NCBI RefSeq assembly: GCF_004010195.1
Contig: NC_057717.1
Span: forward strand, 104,374,053-104,421,075
Reading direction: 5' to 3'
From: Chiloscyllium plagiosum
Taxonomy: Eukaryota
Length of the DNA stretch: 47,023 nt
The notes below the pieces were generated by a model, which worked only from the letters and a program-made list of their open reading frames with translations, was not told the origin of the DNA and did no database searches. Made by a program: the position numbers and the translations under genes. Shown piece after piece: positions 12,870 to 22,923 of this stretch. How positions within the stretch are numbered: position 1 is the first letter of the stretch; each line of letters opens with the position of its first letter.

Positions 12870-13210
12870 TGGGCGTGGAGAAGATGTTCCCACGAGTAGG
12901 AGACTAGGACCCGGGGGCACAGCCTCAGGGTGAAGGGACGACCCTTTAGAACAGAGATGAGGAGGAATTTCTTCAGCCAGAGGGTGGGGACTCTGGGGAC
13001 CCCATTGCCACAGAGAGCTGTGGAGGCCAAGTCACTGAGTGTATTTAACACAGAGATAGACAGGTTCTTGATTGGTGAGCAGGTCAAAGGTTACAGAGAG
13101 AAGGCAGGAGCATAGGGTTAAGAAACATATCAGCCAGGATTGAATAATGGAGCAGACTCAATGGGGCGAATGGCCTGATTCTGCTCCCATATCTATGGTC
13201 TCATGGTCTA
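12870..13210 (+). mobile_element. CR1 LINE 3' fragment
   Basis: KGRPFRTEMRRNFFSQRV...AVEAKSLSVF.TEIDRFL. Confidence 0.85.
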
Positions 13211-14299
13211 ATCCACTGGTGGGGAAGGTGTTGTGATCACAGAGTCAGAATGGGGAGGGTGTGTGAAGTCTCTGATACAAACACACAGCACTGTGAGCAC
13301 TGGGGCTAACACATCACTGTTCCTGTGTTAAATGATTCCATCTTCAATCTCAAAGAAGATAAGAGCTTGTGAATCACACAACTCTAAAGCCATAAATAAC
13401 CCAACAGAAGCAAACTTCCCCATCTGGAGCTGCTGACTCAAACCAGGGCTGGTTTGTCATTGCTTGCTAAATTGGTGTTGGCAGAATTCAGAGAAGTAAT
13501 TAGTTAGAACAGAAGGTACTGAGAAAACTCAGCGGGTCTGGCAGTTTCTGTGAGGAGAGAGGCAGAGTGAAGAGACAGAATCTTCTCCCCTCTCTCTCTT
13601 TCTGGTAGTGAGTTTGGAAAGTGAAGGGCATTTAAACTGACGGTACTGTACTGAGCCTAACACCTTCCACACAAACGTTACCTCACACAAAGAGGCCATT
13701 CAGTCCATCATATCCGCGTCACCCGAATAAACTGACTGCACATTCTAATCCCACCTCCTATTGCCTGCCCCACAGCCCTGCAGGTTTCATTGTTCAGGGG
13801 CAAATCCAGCTTCCTTTTCAATGAGTTTCGGGTTTCTGCGTCAACCCCCAAACTGGGCAGAGAATTCCACACACCCACCAGCCCCTGGGGGAGTAGGATC
13901 TCCTCGGGACCTCTCTAATCCATCCACCAATCAGCTCACCGAATAGGTAGTGACTGTCCTACCCACAGCTGCCAGTCTTCCACGGGGGCGCTGCTGTGCA
14001 CACAGATTCCTAGATTCCAATTGGTCGGCGGCACTAAGTGGACAGGATTTGTACTCTTCGGATCTTAAGGGCAAGATTGGTAGGTGGCCTCAGCAGTGTC
14101 TGATTGGTTCGCTGGGTCTCGAGGCAGTAAGGTGGGACCTCCCATTGGCTGGAAAGGCCCCCTATACCTCGGCAAAATTCCAGCCGACATTTCTGGCCAA
14201 TTGCCTTCCATTCCATCTGGAGAAAATGAGAGATGTCTTATAGAAGGACAGGAGGAAGGAAAATGGCAGGGGGGTGGGGCTCAGAGGGAGGGGCTCAGG

Positions 14300-15322
14300 G
14301 GGAAAGAACAAATACAGGTGGAGATTATTGAAAGATGCAGTAACAACAGGGTTGTCATAGTGGGTGACTTTAATTTCCCCAATTTGGCTGGGACTGCCTT
14401 AGAGCCAGAGGCTAAGATGGGATGGAATTTGCTAAGTACATCCAAGAGGGTTTCTTGAAACAGTATGTGGAAACAGTAAGGGCCATACTGGACCTTGTAT
14501 TGGCTAATGAGCCTGGCCAGGTGACTGACCTCTCAGTGGGAGAGCATTGAAGACTTGTATTGCAACTCTCTCAATAACCTGGGATAGATCCCATCAGGCC
14601 CTGGGGATTTAACACTTTAATGCTCTTCATCACAATTTCTTTCTTGTTCTCAAAATCTCCTAAACGTATTAGCATGCTCCACACTAATGGGGTGGTGAAG
14701 AAGACATAGTTATTGGTCAGGGAATTGAGTACAAGGATCACGCTAGAGCAGGACGTTGCAGCTTTATAAGACTTTGGTTAGGCCACATATGGAGTATTGT
14801 GCTCAGTTCTGGGTCCCTCATTACAGGAAGGACCTAGAGGCTTTGGAGAGTGTGCAAAAGTGGTTTACCAGGATACTGCCGGGGTTAGCGGGTATGAGCT
14901 ATAAGGAGAGACAAGGAAAAACTTGGGTTGTTTTCTCTGGAGCTGCGGAGTGTGTGGGGAGATTTGATAGATGTCTATGACAGTATGAGATGCATCGATA
15001 GGGTTGACAGACAGAATCTTTTTCCCAGAGTTGAAATGTCTAATACTCAGAGGCATGTGCTTAAGGTGAAAGGGCAAAAGTTCAAAGGAAACGTGAGGGG
15101 CAAGTTTTTTACACAGAGAGCGGTAGAGGTGTGAAACACACTGCCAAGGGTGGTGTTGGAGTCGGATATGATAGGGGCATTTATGGAACTTTTATTACGC
15201 ACATGAATATGCAAGGAATGGAGGGATAGGCTGAAAGGATTAGTTTAATTTGACGGCATGTTCAGCACAACATTGTGGGCCGAAGGGCCCGTTCTTGTGC
15301 TGTACAGTTCTATGTTCTATGT
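14300..15322 (+). mobile_element. Rearranged CR1 LINE: APE endonuclease piece (~14300-14545) plus RT C-terminus/3'UTR (~14690-15322)
   Basis: VVIVGDFNFP endonuclease motif; LYKTLVRPHMEYCAQFW.PHYRKD; (TTCTATG)n tail. Confidence 0.85.
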
Positions 15323-15504
15323 AACAAATGGACCAGGTAAGGCAGGACAGACTGAACAACATAAGAGCTAAGAGATGGTGATGAGCTAAGTGACGAAATG
15401 GAGGTTGTCTGGAGGAAGAAGTGTTGGGAATACTCGCTTCAACACCAATAACAATAAAGTGTAATCTTAGAGACGGAATGCTGTCAGTGACAGAAGAGCT
15501 GATG

Positions 15505-15790
15505 TATTTTCAATTCTTTCATGACTGACTTAGAGGGGAACTTGCAGGGGGTCGTGTTCCTGGTCTCTGCTGCCCCTTGTCCTTCTAGATGGAAGTGGTT
15601 GTGGGTTTGGAAGGTGCTGTCTGAGGATCTTTGGTGAGTTTCTGCAGTCGATAGTACACACTACTGCTACTTAGCATCAGTGGTGGAGGGAGCAGATGCT
15701 TGTGAATGTGGTGCCAGCCTTTGTCCTGGATGGTGCTGAGTTTCTTGGGTGTTGTTGGAGCTGCACCCATCCAGGGAGGATTCCAGCACC
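15505..15790 (-). mobile_element. Degenerate L2/CR1-clade LINE 3' fragment
   Basis: WMGAAPTT.KKL.TIQDK resembles a non-LTR RT C-terminus; frameshifted. Confidence 0.55.
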
Positions 15791-16076
15791 CTCCTGACCT
15801 GTCGATGGTGGCCGTGGCTTCATTGTAATTGACAACGTGAAGATTGAGCAAGTCTCCCAGGTTTAAAGCGGCTGTAGTTCTCATGTGATGGCTTAACATT
15901 CCAGGGGATGATGAGTATCATGCTTCTGAGAAGAAGAAACGAGGAGGGGGTGGGGAAGGAGGCACGTGCATGATAACTTTCAGAATCCCCCGCAAAGAGG
16001 AAGTAAGATCTCACTATGACAAATGAGATGGAACCTGTAAACCACAGCTGGCTATCAGTGACAATGTGAAACCATT

Positions 16077-16383
16077 TTCTGGATTAGTGGTTCTGGAAGA
16101 CCACAGCAGTCCAGGCAGCATCCAAGTAGCTTCGAAATCGACGTTTCGGGCAAAAGCCCTTCATCAGGAATAAAGGCTCTTCAACCATGTCCAGCTACTT
16201 TCTCCCCACCCTCCTCTAGCTTATCTCTCCATGCTTCAGGCTCACTGCCTTTATTCCTGATGAAGGGCTTTTGCCCGAAACGTCGATTTCGCTGCTCCTT
16301 GGATGCTGCCTGAACTGCTGTGCTCTTCCAGCACCACTAATCCAGAACCTGGTTTCCAGCATCTGCAGTCATTGTTTTTACCC
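16077..16383. mobile_element. Penelope-terminus insertion (family A) with inverted arms and 15-bp TSD
   Basis: TSD caatgtgaaaccatt at 16062-16076 and 16384-16398. Arms ~16077-16177 and ~16247-16347. Confidence 0.85.
16255..16286 (+). ncRNA. Minimal hammerhead motif (family A), with a mirror copy on the minus strand at 16138-16169
   Basis: tc-CTGATGA-A-GGGC-tttt-GCCC-GAAAC-GTC-ga. Helix I is only 2 bp. Confidence 0.55.
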
Positions 16384-16599
16384 CAATGTGAAACCATTGC
16401 CAGGTGGTGGTTCAGTGAGGAAACCAAGACAAGGTGAAGGTTCAAGGTGCCAATTGTTTCCAGGAGCAAGTGAATGGGAGGATACTTCACAGAAAGAATT
16501 GGAAATCTTCCTGTGAAATTGGGAATCGAGAATGGCTGGTGAAAATACATGAACTGGAGTAGATTACTTTCTGAGTATTGTCATATGCCTCTTGCCTGG

Positions 16600-16948
16600 A
16601 TTTAGAAATCACAGAATCCCTACGGTGTGAAAACAGGCCATTTGGCGCAATAGGTCCACACCAACCCTCCAAAGAACATCCCACCCAGACACATCCCCCT
16701 ACCCTTTCCCTGTAACCTTGCATTTCCCATGGTTAATCCACCTAACCTATACATCATTGAACACTATGGGCAATTTAACATGGCCAACACACCCTAACCT
16801 GCACATCTTTGGACTGTGGGAGGAAACCCACACAGACTCGGGGAGAATGTGCAAACTCCACACAGACAGTCACCTGAGGCTGTAATTGAACCCGGATCCC
16901 TGGTGCTGTGAGGCAGCAGTGCTAACCACTGAGCCACAGTGCCACCCC
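16600..16948 (-). mobile_element. HE1-type SINE
   Basis: Full head-core-tail on the minus strand. Confidence 0.9.
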
Positions 16949-17269
16949 ATCATGCAACACTAGTTGTTTCATTCAGCAGATGATTTATCCAGTTAACGTT
17001 AGTTTTTAGTTCATTATTTTTGTGACATTAGCCTAATGTGGGATGTGACAAGGTAAGCTCTCAGTTTCCTTCGCCTGGGTTCCTATACCTTCTTGCTCCT
17101 GGTAGTGGGCGTTATTGCAATGTTGTTCCAGGATTTTAACACTTTGGAGTATATCTGTCCCAATCTGGAGGCCTGAGCTCCATCAATAATTAAAGTTTCA
17201 GATGTAAAACCCAGACTGAACTAAAGGAAAGAATATTGAATTTCTCTGGGACTGTTGTCCCCTCGCAGA

Positions 17270-18166
17270 GCCACACACATACTAACCATACTCATACTGC
17301 ACACTCATATACATTCAAACTCATACAAACACACACACAGTTACTCAAACTCACACACTCCTAGTGATACAACCATATCACTCACACTCAAAATCACACA
17401 TTCTCAAACACACTCCTTACACTCAAACTTACACTCACACAAACATGTGTGTACATTCAAGAGTCACATACTCACACACAAACACAATCTTAAACACACC
17501 CTCACACATCTGAAACACAAAATTAAATGCACACACATTTATCATCATACTTGCATCAATCAAATATCTACAAACTTTCAATTACTCACATGTAGACGTG
17601 AGCAGACTTACTCACACACTTAAACATTGACAATAACTCAGACACACACATAAACATTGCACACACACACACACACACTCACACACACACACACACACAC
17701 TCACACACTCACACACTCACACACACACACTCACACACACACTCACACACACACACACACTCACACACACACACACACTCACACACACACACACACTCAC
17801 ACACACACACACACTCACACACACACACACACTCACACACACACACACACTCACACACACACACACACTCACACACACACACACACTCACACACACACAC
17901 ACACTCACACACACACACACACTCACACACACACACACACTCACACACACACACACACTCACACACACACACACACTCACACACACACACACACTCACAC
18001 ACACACACACACTCACACACACACACACACTCACACACACACACACACTCACACACACACACACACTCACACACACACACACACTCACACACACACACTC
18101 ACACACACTCACACACACACTCACACACACACACACACTCACACACACACACGCACACACACACAC
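17270..18166. repeat. CA-rich low complexity grading into a (CA)n microsatellite with 18-bp higher-order unit TCACACACACACACACAC (~17660-18166)
   Basis: Direct reading; source of the HT/CV repeat ORFs. Confidence 0.95.
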
Positions 18167-18852
18167 GTATCCAATACAAAAGAAGATATGGTCTTGAGTC
18201 CTATGAAAGACTTTGCGGTGTAAGATTTGAACCTGAGCCTGAGGTTGCTGAGCTGCTTATTTGGATAGAGTCAGTGATTGCAAATGTACATTTATTTTAA
18301 ACTTTGCAACGCTTTGATGTTTCCGCTATTGAGCTGTTTCCATGGAAACTGATATCTGCTTCTTCAAAGAGAGGGAGAAAGGCGAAGACAGCAACTTTCT
18401 AATCAGTAATCTCCCAAAAGTTCATCCAACTTCATGTGAAATACCGAATCCAGTGTGTAATTTTCAGGGGTTCCTTACTGTGGGGCTGCCTGTGACAGCC
18501 ATTGTGTGAGTCTTCAGTATTTCGCATTGTTAATACCTCCCAGAGACTGCGTTGGGTTTCAACAGGCATCTGCGTTGTCAACAGTCTCTCTTTCTGCTTC
18601 CCCTCGTTTCCCAAGGATGAATCTTTCATCTCCATCTCAAGGTGGCTTTGCATTTTCAAGCCCTTTGCTTTGTCTTAGCTCAATTTGCAATAGTTCCAAC
18701 TCGTACAAGGTTTTAAAAGTCATCCCCTCAAAAAACAGAAAGGACACAGTCTTGTGAGACTTGATAAAATACAACAACCAAAAACATCATCTCATGCTTC
18801 AATGCATCTTTCATCAGATTTACCTTCAATAATTCAATATTGTCCTCCCAGG

Positions 18853-19422
18853 TCATAGAGTCATAGAGATGTACAGCATGGAAACAGACCCTTCGGTCCA
18901 ATCCATCCATGCCGACCAGATATCCCAACCCAATCTAGTCCCACCTGCCAGCACCCGGCCCATATCCCTCCAAACCCTTCCTATTCATATACCCAACCAG
19001 ATGCCTCTTAAATGTTGCAATTGTACCAGCCTCCACCACATTCCCTGGAGCATCAGAGGCTGAGGGGTGGCCATACAGAGGTTTATAAAATCATGAGAGG
19101 AATGGAAAGGGTGAATAAACAAGATCTTTTCCCTGGGGTGGGGGAGTCCAAAACTAGAGAACATAGGTTTAAGGTGAAAAGGGAAAGATTTAAAAGGGGC
19201 CTAAGGGGCAATGTTTTCATGCAGAGTGTGGTACGTGTATGGAATGAGCTGCCAGAGGATGTGGTGGAGGCTGGTACATGGGTATGTGAATATGAAGGGT
19301 TTGGAGGGATATGGGCCGGGTGCTGGCAGGTGGGACTAGATTAATTTAGGATATCGGATCAGCATGGATGAATTAGACTGAAGAGTCTGTTTCCTTGCTG
19401 TACATCTCAATGAGTCTATGAC
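18853..19422. mobile_element. Two CR1 3' ends joined head-to-head (18853-19040 minus; ~19043-19422 plus)
   Basis: Both carry the same EAGT..GLEGYGP.AGRWD terminus and (CTATGACT) tail pointing outward. Confidence 0.85.
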
Positions 19423-20028
19423 TGAAATTCCTGCTCAGTCTGTCCCATTGTCTGAACAATTTGGGACTATCTTCCCAAAATCTGAGAAGACTGAGGAATG
19501 ACAAGCGGATTCATAAGGGAACACATGGAGAAGAGGTTTCCATTCTTTTGTGGAAGACAAAATCCGATGTCAGATAATCATGAATAAATCCAGTGTGGAC
19601 CTTCAGGAGCCAGTACTGGGCTCATGTGGAAGGTTACTATAGGAAGGGCACTAAGATTGATACTTCAAAGGGGAAGCTGGATGAGCACATAGGGTCAATA
19701 TAGGATAGTGAGATCTGCTGATAGGATGATGAAATAGCACGGAAGGAAACAATTCGGTCCATCGAGCGCTGTGCTAGCTTTTCAAAAGAACTGAGCAAGT
19801 CATCACACTCTCCAGCTTAATCCCTGAAAATCCAACAAATTCATCTTTCTGAAGTAAAGGCATGATTGTTTTGGTAAAGTTTGCGCGGAATCCGATTCCA
19901 GCACTGTCTCCAGCATTGTGAATAATGACCCTTTGGGTAAAATGGTTTCTCCTCACGTCTCTCAGCACTGAACGTATGTCAAGCCATTTCTGTGAGGGTC
20001 AGTGTAAGATCCATTACTGGTTGTAATT

Positions 20029-20246
20029 ATGTTGAAACTTTATTGCTGGAACAGCACAGCAGGTCAGGCAGCATCCAGGGAACAGGAGATTCGACGTTTC
20101 GGACACAGGCCCTTCCTCATTCCTGAAGAAGGGCCTGTGCCCGAAACGTCGAATCTCCTGTTCCCTGGATGCTGCCTGACCTGCTGTGCTGTTCCAGCAA
20201 TAAAGTTTCAACTTTGATCTCCAGCATCTGCAGACCTCACTTTCTC
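20029..20246. mobile_element. Near-perfect palindromic Penelope-terminus insertion (family A) with 12-bp TSD
   Basis: About 85-bp inverted arms with one mismatch (20031-20115 vs 20128-20212). TSD ctggttgtaatt at 20017-20028 and 20247-20258. Confidence 0.88.
20119..20154 (+). ncRNA. Minimal type I hammerhead ribozyme motif (best family A copy)
   Basis: attc-CTGAAGA-A-GGGC-ctgt-GCCC-GAAAC-GTC-gaat: 4-bp helix I, 4-bp stem II, palindromic ACGT helix III, GUC cleavage triplet at 20148-20150. Confidence 0.7.
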
Positions 20247-20814
20247 CTGGTTGTAATTTATGTCAAACACTTGGACTCAGATGTAAAGCGGCAATGGGTG
20301 AAGTCACCATTATCCCAGAGAACCGAAGGGCTGCTCTCTTGTTAGAGAGAAACAACTGGTGATGGTTTAATCTGAGGGTCACCACCTGAGGCCTCAGGTG
20401 AGGGGAAAGGTGGGGTAGAAGAGTCCTTCATGGTAACCTCAGCCCCGTCTGGGAATCAAACCCTCTCTGCTGGTATCACTCTGCATCCCAAACCAACCAA
20501 GACGGCTCTTGGATTCCAAACCATTGCAAAGGGGAGATTTATTTTACTCAGGGAGCTGTCAGAATCTGGAACATTCTACAACTTCTCCATTCTGGAAGCT
20601 GATTCTATAACTAATTTTAAAAGGGAACAGAGCACTCAATCGTGGGATAGGGAATGGAAAGGATTGCAGACAGAAATCAGGAAGGATGTGGGATTCTGAA
20701 TGAGGAGCCAGCACGAGCTTGATGGGTTGAATGGCCTAATTCTGTGTTCTTAGTGTCTACAATTCTGGTTCATTTGCCAGTTCTTTTAAATCTACGCCCT
20801 CTAACCATGGATCC

Positions 20815-21395
20815 AGTACTGTGTGCAGTTTTGGTCTCCTTATTGGGAAAGGATGGACTGGCACCGGAGGGGGTGCAGAGGAGGTTCACCGGGTTGGTTC
20901 CAGAGTTGAGGGGGTTGCTTTATGAGACGGGACTGAGTAGACTGGGCCTATACTCATTGGAATTCAGAAGAATGTGGGGGATATCTTACAGAAACGTATA
21001 AAATTCTAAAGGAATTGCACAGGAAAGAAGCAGGGAGGATGTTTTCACTGGGGGGTGGTGTGGGGGTGGGGGGGGGGGCTGTTGGTGGTGGAACTAGAAC
21101 TAGGGGGCATAGCCTCAAAATATGGGGGAGCAGGTTTAGGACTGAGCTGAGGAGGAATTTCTTCACCCAGAGGGTTGTGAATCTGTGGTATTCCCTGCCC
21201 AGTGAAGCAGTTGAGGCTTCCTCGTTGAATGTTTTTAAGGCAGAGATAGATTTTTGAACAGTAAAGGAATTAAGGGTTATGGTGAGAGGGCGGGTAAGTG
21301 GAGCTGAGTCCACGAGAAAGATCAGCCATGATCTTATTGAATGGTGGAGCAGGCTCGAAGGGTCAGACGGCCTACTCCTGCTCTGAGTTCTTACA
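20815..21395 (+). mobile_element. CR1 LINE 3' fragment containing a G-rich expansion (~21050-21090)
   Basis: EGVQRRFT.LVP.LRGL.YE..LSRLGLYSLEFRR; FRTELRRNFFTQRVVNLW.SLP. Confidence 0.88.
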
Positions 21396-21934
21396 TTCTT
21401 ATCCACTTTACAGAGGCAACAGTTCCTCCTGATTTACTGAATCAAAGTCCCTCCTCATTTTGGACCCCTCAATTAACCTTCCCTGGTGTTGATCTTCCCT
21501 GCCTGAAGGAGAACACTTGTAGCCTTTCCAATAAGCTGACATCCCACATTACTGGTATCAACCCCAGTCAAGATCACCTGTATTCCAGAGCTTTGGTGTT
21601 TTTCTTAAAGTAAGGGGCCCAGAAGTGAACAGAATACTCTAGCTGAGGGCAGTGCAGAGATTTGTAAAAGTTCTGCACCCATTTTTGTTTCAGTTAGCTG
21701 TGAGGGCAGAGTTCCAGTTCCTTCTCAATGGTTACTTCCCTGACTTAGAGGAGTTAGAGCAAGTGCAGGGCTGACCTCAAGCTTTGACCTTCACAGAACA
21801 CCAGGGGACAGTACCAAAGCTTCACCAATACACACAAACCATGGTGGCTCTTAACCCCTCTTTTTTATATTTCCAATAGGGCTAAACACAACCATCTATG
21901 GAGTTTAGGACATAATCCACAGGTAATGACTTTA

Positions 21935-22215
21935 TGGGAGGTGATGGCCTAGTGGCATGATCATGGACTCTTAATCCAGAGATCCCAGGTAATGTTCTGG
22001 GGACCTGAGTTCAAAACCCACTGTGGCATTAGTGGCCCATCTTGTTCACTAACGTCCTTCAGGGAAGCAAACTGCGGTCCTTACCTGGTCTGGCTTACAT
22101 GTGACTCCAGACCCACAGCAATGTGGTTGACTCAACTGCCCTCTGGGCAATTAAGGACAGGCAATAAATGCCACCTAGCCAGTGATGCCCTCATCCTGAG
22201 AATGAACAAAAGGAA
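21935..22215 (+). mobile_element. tRNA-headed SINE distinct from HE1, probably with an L2-clade tail
   Basis: A box TGGCCTAGTGG, B box GAGTTCAAA, tail GGCAATAAATG...GAATGAAC-A-rich. Confidence 0.65.
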
Positions 22216-22499
22216 AATTGGAGGGAGGAGTGAAAGCTGCATATTTTCTCTCCCTTTTAAGTTTCTCTGTTTGAAGGTTCCTTGACACTCAGGAGGTGTG
22301 ACATTCCATGGGTTCAGAACGAGCTTTGTCAGACATCCACTGAGATTATATCCACAGTCATTGTTTGTCCTCTTTTGAAAAACACACAGTGTATTAAAAG
22401 GTTCAACATGTCCGTGAGTAATTTCAGGTCCTGATCTGTTATTATGACACGTTAGGTTACATCCATCCATTCCAAACCTTCATTCTCTGGAGAAACCAT

Positions 22500-22700
22500 G
22501 GGTAGGGGCCTGAGCTCCTGACGTGAAGATAAAATGTTGGCATTTGTTTTCTAAACTGTTTGCAATGCTGGTGCCGAGAGTGTAGCTTTGGTAGTTTGGT
22601 TGTTTACCATCAGATCCTGCCTTCTGTCTTTTTTTGTCAAATCCTAAAAGCCTGTGTCAGCTTTTCTATGAACTGTTTCAATTCTGCAAAAGTGAGCATG
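22500..22700 (+). promoter_or_regulatory. Putative proximal promoter/5'UTR of the lectin gene
   Basis: Unique non-repeat DNA upstream of the first exon, with TGACGT (22519), AGATAA (22527), TGTTTGC/TTGCAA (22557-22565) and TGTTTAC (22601). Short motifs only. Confidence 0.3.
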
Positions 22701-22714
22701 GTTGGTAACGGAAG
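22698..22714 (+). CDS. Probable upstream exon (3' part) with an in-frame ATG adding MVGNGR
   Basis: ATGGTTGGTAACGGAAG|GTGAGT is a strong donor at 22715. The acceptor ctttcAG at 22836-22837 leaves one G before ATG 22839, so the spliced product stays in frame (M V G N G R M A G E...). May instead be purely 5'UTR. Confidence 0.55.
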
Positions 22715-22838
22715 GTGAGTCATGTTTGGATTTTAGGAACTGCTCTAGATCTTCCATATCACAGACAGCATAAATTTACGCGGTCCCTTAATCTGCCCCT
22801 CACAAAGCCGAGCATCACTTTCAGCAATGTCTTTCAGG

Positions 22839-22923
22839 ATGGCTGGAGAAAACAAGTACGATGATTTCCAGCACCTCGAACTGGACAGCGATCAAAAGCA
22901 GTGGCAATCTCACCAGAGTGCAG
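22839..22923 (+). CDS. Lectin exon: cytoplasmic tail MAGENKYDDFQHLELDSDQKQWQSHQSA
   Basis: YDDF is a YxxPhi motif and YDDFQHL resembles ASGR1 YQDLQHL. Donor GCAG|GTAACG. Confidence 0.85.

Noticed and set aside
17255..18223. Long HT/CV-repeat ORFs
   Set aside because: Translations of the (CA)n microsatellite.
20014..20217. Near-identical ORFs on opposite strands
   Set aside because: Consequence of the DNA palindrome, not a toxin-antitoxin or gene pair.
21050..21090. G-quadruplex-forming run
   Set aside because: Simple G expansion inside a dead CR1 fragment; no evidence of function.
22851..22880. hemITAM signalling motif in the lectin tail
   Set aside because: YDDF lacks the YxxL and upstream DEDG-type acidic context of Dectin-1/CLEC-2; better read as a YxxPhi endocytosis signal.
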